The notes under the pieces are model-generated. The model saw only the letters and a list, made by a program, of their open reading frames with translations. It had not been told where the DNA came from and made no database searches. DNA of 6,959 bases from Octopus sinensis (taxonomy: Eukaryota): contig NW_021828993.1 of the NCBI RefSeq assembly GCF_006345805.1, positions 1-6,959 of the forward strand. Direction: 5' to 3'. A program made the translations under genes and the position numbers. Below are positions 1 through 5,986 of this stretch, piece after piece; the stretch's first letter is position 1, and each line of letters begins with the position of its first letter.

Positions 1-189
1 CACGCGCTAGTGTTAGTATATTCGTGAATAAGTCATTAACCGAAGTAAGTGGATCTATTGTTTAGAAAAATACTATCTATTTGTTTAAGAGTTGTACTGG
101 ATAATTGCGAAAATAACTCTAACAGTTCAAATACTAAGAAATAAGCATACTCAATTTGATTTATACCAAATGATTTAGGAAAATGTATG

Positions 190-448
190 GGTTATTTCCC
201 TTGGCTGTTAAAATCTGGGTGAATTGGCTATTTCTCTTGGTTGTTAAAATGAAATATATTAGATATATAAGGATCCCTTCCAGGGGCCCTATTATCGATT
301 TTTACAAGAATCTGAGTATGCCATGAGATTACCAGACATGAGTTTTACTCACGTGTCAAGTTTCATCAAAGTCGATAAAGCTATGTAGGAGGAGTTAGCT
401 AACAACTCCACAAACACACCCACAGACAGAATTTCCCACATATATAGT
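190..448 (-). mobile_element. Possible 5' module of a non-autonomous Helitron-like element (boundaries uncertain)
   Basis: The minus strand reads CTATATATGTGGGAAATTCTGTCTGTGGGTGTGTTTGTGG...ATCGACTTTGATGAAACTTGACAC. This resembles, from memory, the 5' layout of Lep1/HINE-type non-autonomous Helitrons (TATATA start, GTCT/GT-rich short repeat, then CGA..TTGATGAAA.TTG). It includes a 25-nt direct repeat (190-214 and 226-250, 22/25 identical). No TC 5' terminus or hairpin-CTAG 3' terminus is confirmed. Confidence 0.3.
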
Positions 449-520
449 GTGTATGTATATATATATATATATATATATGCATGTATATATATATATATAT
501 GTATGTATATGTATGTATGT
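441..520. repeat. (TA)n/(TATG)n microsatellite continuous with the SINE 3' tail
   Basis: Direct reading: TA runs interspersed with TATG units up to the SINE end at 521. Confidence 0.95.
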
Positions 521-831
521 ATCACCGTGATCACCGTGACCGACCAGGCTATCAGATGTTGCTACACATCGCTGGTCACAATGCACTTCGCATTGTTTTA
601 GCCTTCAAATGACGCCACTCGGCTGGCTAAGCGAGCAGGCCAATAGAATAAAGAGTGGGGGAAATTTCTGGCGAAAAAGTACAGTAGAGATCGCCACTAC
701 CCCCTGCCGGAGCCTCGTGGAGCTTTAGGTGTTTTCGCTCCATAAACACTCACAACGCCCGGTCTGGGAATCGAAGCCGCGATCCTATGACCGCGAGTCC
801 GCTGCCCCAACCACTGGGCTATTGCGCCTCC
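521..831 (-). mobile_element. Full-length tRNA-derived SINE (family 1), about 311 bp
   Basis: The minus strand starts GGAGGCGCAATAGCCCAGTGGTTGGGGCAGCGGACTCGCGGTCATAGGATCGCGGCTTCGATTCCCAG, a tRNA-like head with A and B boxes. A unique body follows, ending in (CACGGTGAT)x2 and a (CATA)n tail. CpG-rich, so probably young. It matches my recollection of an abundant octopus SINE; no family name assigned. Confidence 0.85.
767..821 (-). promoter_or_regulatory. RNA polymerase III type-2 internal promoter of SINE family 1
   Basis: A box TAGCCCAGTGG (821-811) fits TRGCNNARYGG. B box GCTTCGATTCC (777-767) has one mismatch to GGTTCGANNCC. Confidence 0.7.
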
Positions 832-833
832 AC

Positions 834-861
834 TGTGTGTGTGTATATATATATATATATT
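834..861. repeat. (TG)n(TA)n compound microsatellite flanking the SINE 5' end
   Basis: TGTGTGTGTGTATATATATATATATAT read directly. Confidence 0.9.
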
Positions 862-980
862 TCTCATTGTGTTTGACGTTTTTTGGGGGGGTGTCCTGTA
901 CCCATATATGCATGTATTTATACATATAGATGTGGGTACGTACATATATGTATATATGCATGTTTTATTTATTATTTTGT

Positions 981-984
<4 letters not shown>

Positions 985-1014
<30 letters not shown>

Positions 1015-1595
1015 TGTATGTATGTATGTGTGTGTGTATGTATGTATGTATGTAAGTATGTATGTAAGTATGTATGTATGTATGGATGTAAGTATGTATG
1101 TAAGTATGTATGTATGTTGTATGTATGTAGTATGTATGTATGTTATGTATTGTGTATGTAAGTATGTATGTATGTATGTATGTATGTTATGTATGTGTGT
1201 GGTATGTATATGTATGTAGTATGTGTGTGATGTAAGTATGTATGTATGTATGTATATATGTGTGTATGTATGTTATGTATGTATGTATGTATGTAAGTAT
1301 GTATGTAAGTGTATGTAGGTTTATTATTATGTAGTATGTATTATTATGTATGCATGTATGTATGTATGTATGCATGTATGTAAGTATGTATGTTTATGTG
1401 TGTGTATGTATGTATGTATTGTATGTAGTAGTATGTATGTAAGTAATGTATGTATGTATGTATGTATGTATGTATGTGTGTATGTAGTATGTATGTATGT
1501 ATGTGTGTATGTATGTATGTATGTGTGTATGTATGTATGTATATATGTATGTATGTAAGTATGTATGTATGTATGTATGGATGGATGTATGTGTG

Positions 1596-1626
<31 letters not shown>

Positions 1627-1670
1627 GTATGTATGTAAGTATGTATGTAAGTATGTATGTAAGTATTATG

Positions 1671-1701
<31 letters not shown>

Positions 1702-1798
1702 GTATGTATGTATATATGTATGTATGTATGTATGTATGCATGTATGTAAGTATGTATGTATGTATGTATGTATGTATGTATGTATGTATGTGTGTATG

Positions 1799-1829
<31 letters not shown>

Positions 1830-1914
1830 GTATGTATGTAAGTATGTATTAAGTGTTATGTATGCATGTATGTATGTATGTATGCATGTATGTATGTATG
1901 TATGTATGTGTGTG

Positions 1915-1945
<31 letters not shown>

Positions 1946-2041
1946 GTATGTATGTAAGTATTTATGTTATGTATGTTGTATGTATGTATGTATGTATTAT
2001 TGTATGTATGTATGTAAGTATGTATGTAAGTATTATGTATG

Positions 2042-2072
<31 letters not shown>

Positions 2073-2123
2073 GTATGTATGTAAGTATTATGTATGTATG
2101 TATGTATGTATGTATGTATGTAT
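985..2123. repeat. About 1.14-kb degenerate (TATG)n tetranucleotide microsatellite
   Basis: Continuous TATG units with TAAG, TGTG, TGCA and TTAT variants; almost no C on the plus strand. Confidence 0.98.
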
Positions 2124-2162
2124 TCCAAGCCTAGCTTGTGTTATATTCTCAAGTTGTTGCAG

Positions 2163-2209
2163 TCGACGTAAATACTGTTCCATTCTTCTCCTTAAATATG
2201 AAAGTGAAA
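2163..2209 (+). CDS. Candidate 47-nt internal exon of an unidentified gene
   Basis: Normal-complexity island between two microsatellites, bounded by TTGTTGCAG (AG at 2161-2162) and AAA|GTAAGA (GT at 2210-2211), then a T-rich intron-like stretch. Two of three frames are open (DVNTVPFFSLNMKVK or RRKYCSILLLKYESE). No homology confirmed. Confidence 0.3.
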
Positions 2210-2274
2210 GTAAGATTCTCATTTTCTTTTCTCTTCCTTTTTTGGTCGCTGATACCCTTTAGCGTTATTGTCCA

Positions 2275-2510
2275 TGTTGTTGTTGTTGCTGTTGTTGTTG
2301 TTGTTGTCGTTGTTATTGTTGCTGGTGTTGTTGCAGCTTTCTTTCTTGTTCTTGTTTTGTTTTTTTGTATTTTTGCTCTTCTTTTTTATGCAGCTTTTTT
2401 TTCTTGTTTGTGTTGCTGCCATTATTATTCTTGTTGTTGTTGTTACTGTTGTTGCTACTGTAAATTATTGTTCTTGTATAATTTTGTTGAGTTGTTGCTG
2501 TTGTTGCTAG
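2275..2510. repeat. Degenerate (GTT)n / T-rich low-complexity tract
   Basis: GTT runs with GCT, ATT and TTC variants and short T runs. Confidence 0.9.
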
Positions 2511-2790
2511 CGGTGCTGATGGTGGTGGTGGTGGTGGTGCTGGTGATGGTGGTGGTGCTGGTGCTGGTGCTGGTGCTGGTGCTGGTGGGGTGGTGGTGGT
2601 GGTGCTGGTGGTGCTGGTGCTGGTGCTGGTGCTGGTGCTGGTGGTGGTGATGGTGCTGGTGCTGGTGCTGGTGCTGGTGCTGGTGGTGGTGCTGGTGCTG
2701 GTGCTGGTGCTGGTGGTGGTGATGGTGGTGGTGTTGGTGGTGCTGGTGCTGGTGCTGGTGGGGTGGTGGTGGTGGTGGTAGTGGTGGTGA
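2511..2790. repeat. (GGT)n/(GGTGCT)n tri- and hexanucleotide tract
   Basis: Mixed GGT and GCT units with occasional GAT. Confidence 0.95.
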
Positions 2791-3055
2791 TCATCGTCGT
2801 CGTCGTCGTCGTATTGATGGTGATGATGGTGTAGTCGTGGTGATTGTGGTAAGGGTGGTAATATTAATGGCGGTGATTATGAGTTGTTGCTGTTGGCGCT
2901 AATGGTGGTGGTAACGAGGGTGATGGTGGTGGTGGTGATGGTGGTGGTGGTGGTGGTGGTGGTGGTGGTGGTGGTGGTGGTGGTGGTGGTGGTGATGGTA
3001 GCAGTGATTGTTATGATAGTGGTGGTTATGGTGGCTGTGGTAATGGTGGTATAGC
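2791..3055. repeat. Degenerate (GTC)/(GAT)/(GGT) tract containing a pure (GGT)18
   Basis: TCG/GTC run at about 2795-2812, degenerate GGT/GAT units, and perfect (GGT)18 at 2940-2993. Confidence 0.92.
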
Positions 3056-3116
3056 TATTCTCTTTATTGATACAGTTGTTTAAATGACAACGGGTTTTCT
3101 TTTTTTTTTCAGCCAA

Positions 3117-3225
3117 CCTCCCCCTCCCCCCCTCTCTCTCTTTCTCTCTCTCTCTTTCTCTTTCTCTCTCTCTCTTTCTCTTTCTCTTTCTCTATCTCTC
3201 TCTCTCTATTTCTCTCTCTCTCTCT
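3117..3225. repeat. (CT)n/(CTTT) polypyrimidine tract
   Basis: 109 nt of C/T with only two A interruptions, preceded by a T run at about 3095-3109. Confidence 0.95.
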
Positions 3226-3316
3226 GGTGAGAGCTGAAGACGATTATCAGTTTTATTCTTAAAAAATACCTTCAATTCCGCTCTGCTATCATTGTTGCAG
3301 CGATATTGAATATTAA

Positions 3317-3377
3317 ATACGTGCGTGTGTGCATACGTGTGCACGCACGTGTGTATGTATGTGCACACGTATGTGTG
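3317..3377. repeat. 61-nt perfectly alternating purine-pyrimidine tract
   Basis: ATACGTGCGTGTGTGCATACGTGTGCACGCACGTGTGTATGTATGTGCACACGTATGTGTG, with no break in R/Y alternation. Confidence 0.9.
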
Positions 3378-3670
3378 AAGTGCGAGTCTGTGTGTGTGAG
3401 CGCGCACATCCCTAGTTTCGTGGTCGAAACAAATAACAAATAACAACGTGATTCTCCCGCTAAATAACAAGGATGTTGCGGCAACCCGGCTATCACCTCT
3501 CTTCCTTGAGAGCTGATAACACAAATAACGAAATAGATAAGCGTCATAAAATCAAACCAACGTTTCTGGAAAACAAATATTGTATCAATTGTAAATAAGG
3601 GCATCTTCAACACATATAACACCCAGCAACAATAACAGCAATAAATATTTTTATTATTTGATTATTGCGA

Positions 3671-3700
3671 TGAGTGTGAGCTGGAAGATTCGTAATCATC
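3671..3700 (+). mobile_element. SINE family 2, copy 1, 5' piece (A-box region) left of the MITE
   Basis: GAGCTGGAAGATTCGTAATCAT aligns to GAGCTGGCAGAAACGTTAGCAC of the intact head at 6418-6439. Confidence 0.6.
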
Positions 3701-4128
3701 GGATCTTTTCCGTTTGAACGGCAGTTTTTTTAAAATAATTTCCACGTAACTAAAAAATTTTAAACTTCGTATACTGGTAGAATGTGTTTATAAAACATCT
3801 TTTTCTCTTCAATATATTGAGAAAATTCTATAGTTTGTAAGATATTTGTTGTTTTTTTTTCCTTCAATTTCAACAATTTCAACCAATCACTGACGTCCAT
3901 TGAGGTAAAAAAAAAAAAACATTCTGTGCCGTATGAAAATGTCCCTCGTTTAAGAAACAGATTGGGTTTATTTACATTTGTGAAGAAAAAAAGATACACT
4001 TCCCCCCACCCCTAACCCTAACCCTAAAACAGATTGAAATGCAATAGATCGATACTAGGGTCATAATTATGGGCGACAATTTCATATGACACCGCTAGAA
4101 AGAACTGCCGTTCAAACCGAAAAGATCC
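3701..4128. mobile_element. MITE (non-autonomous DNA transposon), 428 bp, superfamily unresolved
   Basis: Terminal inverted repeats: 3700-3730 CGGATCTTTTCCGTTTGAACGGCAGTTTTTT versus the reverse complement of 4099-4129 CGGATCTTTTCGGTTTGAACGGCAGTTCTTT (29/31 identical). AT-rich non-coding interior; no target-site duplication visible. Confidence 0.9.
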
Positions 4129-4302
4129 GGCATTTCCTCCATTTTTAACGTTCTGATTCAAATTCTACCGACGTCGTTTTTGCTTTTCATCCTTTTGGGG
4201 TCGATGAAATAAGTGCTAGTTAAACACTGGTGTCGATGTCCCCTAATCAACTAGTCCCCTACCCACAAATTTCAGGCTTTGCGCCTTTAGTAGAAAGGAT
4301 TA
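4129..4302 (+). mobile_element. SINE family 2, copy 1, 3' piece (diverged)
   Basis: GGCATTTC...ACGTTCTGATTCAAATTC...TTTCATCCTTTTGGGGTCGATGAAATAAGT...; the tail ends TAGTAGAAAGGATTA. Confidence 0.85.
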
Positions 4303-4530
4303 CTTGAAGACGGTAAAATGGTAGATTCGTAAATACGCCGGTAAAAGTGCATATTGTATTTTTCCTTCGTCTTTACGTTCGGGTTCAAATTCCGCCAAGG
4401 AGTTGACTTTGTCTTTCATCTTTTCAGGGTCGATAAAACAAGTTCTAGTCAAGTCGATGTAATCGTTACTCATTCCTTGAAAAAAAAAAAATAATAAACT
4501 ACTAGCCCTGTACCAAAATTTAAAACCATA
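4303..4530 (+). mobile_element. SINE family 2, copy 2 (diverged)
   Basis: Degenerate head, GGGTTCAAATTCCGCC B box, core TTTCATCTTTTCAGGGTCGATAAAA, an A-rich stretch at about 4479-4498, and tail CCCTGTACCAAAATTTAAAACCA. Confidence 0.85.
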
Positions 4531-4534
4531 ATTT

Positions 4535-4728
4535 GCTGGCAGAATCGCTAGCACGCCGGGCAAAATGCTTAGCGGCATTTTATCTGTCTTTATGTTCTGA
4601 GTTCAAATTCTGTCGAGGTCGACTTTACTTTTCAATCCTTTGGGATCAACAAAATAAGTACCAATTGGTCACTGAGTCGATGTAATCGACTTACTCCACT
4701 TCTGAAATAGCTGACCTTCGGTCAAAAT
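4535..4728 (+). mobile_element. SINE family 2, copy 3
   Basis: Starts GCTGGCAGAATCGCTAGCACGCCGGGC; B box GAGTTCAAATTC; core; degenerate tail TGAAATAGCTGACCTTCGGTCAAAAT. Confidence 0.88.
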
Positions 4729-4736
4729 GTGTGGTC

Positions 4737-4936
4737 AAGGCGGAAAGCTGACAGAATCGCCAGCACGCCTGGCAAAATGCTTAGCGGCATTTTATCTGTC
4801 TTTATGTTCTGAGTTCAAATTCTTCCGAGGTCAACTTTACTTTTCATCCTTTAAGGGTCGATAAAATAAGTACCTGTTGAATCGACTTATCCCCTACCCT
4901 GAAATTGCTGGCCTTGTACCAAAATTTGAAACCATT
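4737..4936 (+). mobile_element. SINE family 2, copy 4
   Basis: AAGGCGGAAAGCTGACAGAATCG head, B box, core with a deletion of about 17 nt after GTTGA, and tail GAAATTGCTGGCCTTGTACCAAAATTTGAAACCA. Confidence 0.88.
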
Positions 4937-4951
4937 GTTTGAGTTTTGTAT

Positions 4952-5157
4952 AGCGGCAGAACCGTTAGCATGCCGGATGAAATACATAGCGGCATTTCGA
5001 CTCTTTCGACACTTTGAGTTCTGAGTTCGAATTCCGCCGAGGCCGACTTTGCCTTTCATTCTTTCAGGATCGATAAAATAAGTACCAGTGGAGCACTGTG
5101 GTCGATGTAATCGACTAGCTTCTCCCTGCAAAATTCTGCCACTAGTAGAAAGGATTA
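4952..5157 (+). mobile_element. SINE family 2, copy 5
   Basis: GGCAGAACCGTTAGCATGCCGG head, B box GAGTTCGAATTCC, intact core, tail ending TAGTAGAAAGGATTA. Confidence 0.88.
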
Positions 5158-5170
5158 CCCTATTTTTTAA

Positions 5171-5301
5171 TAAGGTGGCAAGCTAACAGGGTTGTTAATG
5201 CGTCGGACAAAATGCTGAGCGTTCATTTCTTCCGGTTCTTTACGTTCTGAGTTCAAACTGACTTTCCCTTTACCTTTCCCTTAAATTTGCTGACCAAAAT
5301 T
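5171..5301 (+). mobile_element. SINE family 2, copy 6, internally deleted
   Basis: TAAGGTGGCAAGCTAACAG...TTTACGTTCTGAGTTCAAA. The core is largely missing; a tail remnant AAATTTGCTGACCAAAATT follows. Confidence 0.75.
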
Positions 5302-5383
5302 AGCAAGAATTATTTGATTACTGGCATCATATTTTCAACAATTCTTTGCGAGTTTCTACTGCATTATCAAGTGTGCTTTTGCT

Positions 5384-5410
5384 TATATCGACCCAGAGCT
5401 TGACTGGTAC
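5384..5410 (-). mobile_element. SINE family 2, inverted copy, 3' piece (its tail may extend left to about 5320)
   Basis: The reverse complement GTACCAGTCAAGCTCTGGGTCGATATA matches the core GTACCAGTTACGCACTGGGGTCGAT of the plus-strand copies. Confidence 0.7.
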
Positions 5411-5778
5411 GTGCAACCAAACGCATACACTCCATCAGACACCTACCATATTCTGAGCGCCTTGTTTCCCTGGGCATGGATTCTCTGAAGCTCCGGCGTC
5501 TGGCGACGGACTTGGTAAACGCCCACAAAGTTATCAACCACCTCACCAACAACAACACTGAACACCTTTTTGATCTCCATGTGTCTAACACACGTGGACA
5601 TGCCTACAAAGTCAGAAAACAACACAGCTCCCATGACTTTCGGAAACATTTTTTCATGCTCAGAGTTGCTGAAGCATGGAACAAACTGCCTGCATCAGTT
5701 GTTGACTGCCATGACACTGCATCCTTTAAGGCCCTCATGCTTTCCAAATCCGCCGAAACTACACCTGATTATACATAA
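5410..5778 (+). pseudogene. C-terminal fragment of CR1-type ORF2 (downstream of the reverse transcriptase domain); non-functional
   Basis: Open frame to TAA at 5776-5778. The RT catalytic region and endonuclease are absent; the ATG at 5476 is an internal Met. Confidence 0.85.
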
Positions 5779-5790
5779 CTTTAGATGAGT

Positions 5791-5812
5791 TGTAGTGCAC
5801 CTGAGCACTGTA
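5791..5812 (+). other. 3' UTR stem-loop of the CR1-type element
   Basis: TGTAGTGC-ACCTGA-GCACTGTA forms an 8-bp stem (two G-U pairs) with a 6-nt loop just upstream of the tail. 3' stem-loops are an established RT-recognition feature of CR1/L2-group LINEs. Confidence 0.6.
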
Positions 5813-5820
5813 CACAATTA

Positions 5821-5859
<39 letters not shown>
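5821..5859. repeat. (ATT)13 LINE tail
   Basis: Thirteen perfect ATT units. Confidence 0.97.
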
Positions 5860-5986
5860 TTATCGATCACCAAAAGTATGAAAAGCAACATCAACCTTGG
5901 CGGCATTTGAACTCAGAAAGTAAAGCCGGAAAAAACGCTACGAAGTATTTTGTCCGGCGTGCTAACGATTCTGCGAACTCGCTGCG
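5855..5986 (-). mobile_element. SINE family 2, inverted copy, 5' piece
   Basis: Reverse complement: CGCAGCGAGTTCGCAGAATCGTTAGCACGCCGGACAAAATAC...TTCTGAGTTCAAATGCCGCCAAGGTTGATGTTGCTTTTCATACTTTTGGTGATCGATAAAATAA. Confidence 0.88.

Larger units (their letters stand above)
5409..5859 (+). mobile_element. 5'-truncated CR1-type non-LTR retrotransposon (3' end of ORF2, 3' UTR and (ATT)n tail)
   Basis: Frame 1 from 5410 reads RATKRIHSIRHLPYSERLVSLGMDSLKLRRLATDL...TRGHAYKVRKQ...FRKHFFMLRVAEAWNKLPASVV...SFK. This fits the CR1/L2-group ORF2 C-terminal motifs (Y.ERL..LGL.SL..RR...DL, TRGH..K, RK.FF..RV...WN.LP..VV....SFK). A short 3' UTR and tandem-repeat tail follow. Confidence 0.92.

Noticed and set aside
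1-11. CACGCGCTAGT as a possible Helitron 3' terminus (CTAG|T)
   Set aside because: The diagnostic upstream hairpin would lie outside the window, so it cannot be supported.
760-831. tRNA gene
   Set aside because: The tRNA-like head continues into a SINE body and tail with no T-run terminator, so it is not a functional tRNA.
898-939. Imperfect hairpin GTACCCA...TGGGTAC
   Set aside because: Short stem in AT-alternating sequence, where self-complementarity is expected.
349-2262. Many ORFs with MYVC/IHTY repeats on both strands
   Set aside because: Translations of (TATG)n and (TA)n microsatellites, which lack stops in several frames; no coding signal.
2138-3116. Poly-Val/Leu, Pro-Ala, His-Gln and poly-Thr ORFs
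   Set aside because: Translations of trinucleotide tracts; register slips at about 2587 and 2760 break the frame, and there is no flanking domain sequence.
3095-3232. Strong acceptor-like T-run CAG (3110-3112) and donor-like GTGAGA (3227)
   Set aside because: The enclosed sequence is a pure CT microsatellite, not exon-like.
3228-3516. TGAGAGCTGA repeated at 3228 and 3507 as a possible TSD
   Set aside because: The enclosed DNA has no TIRs, tail or other element hallmark.
3234-3545. Hammerhead-like fragments CTGAAGA (3234) and CTGATAA...CGAAA (3513-3533)
   Set aside because: No stem II or stem III pairing around them, and no CTGAnGA...GAAA core in the tandem SINE units.
4010-4027. True telomere or chromosome-fusion scar
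   Set aside because: Only three units, located inside the TIR-bounded MITE.
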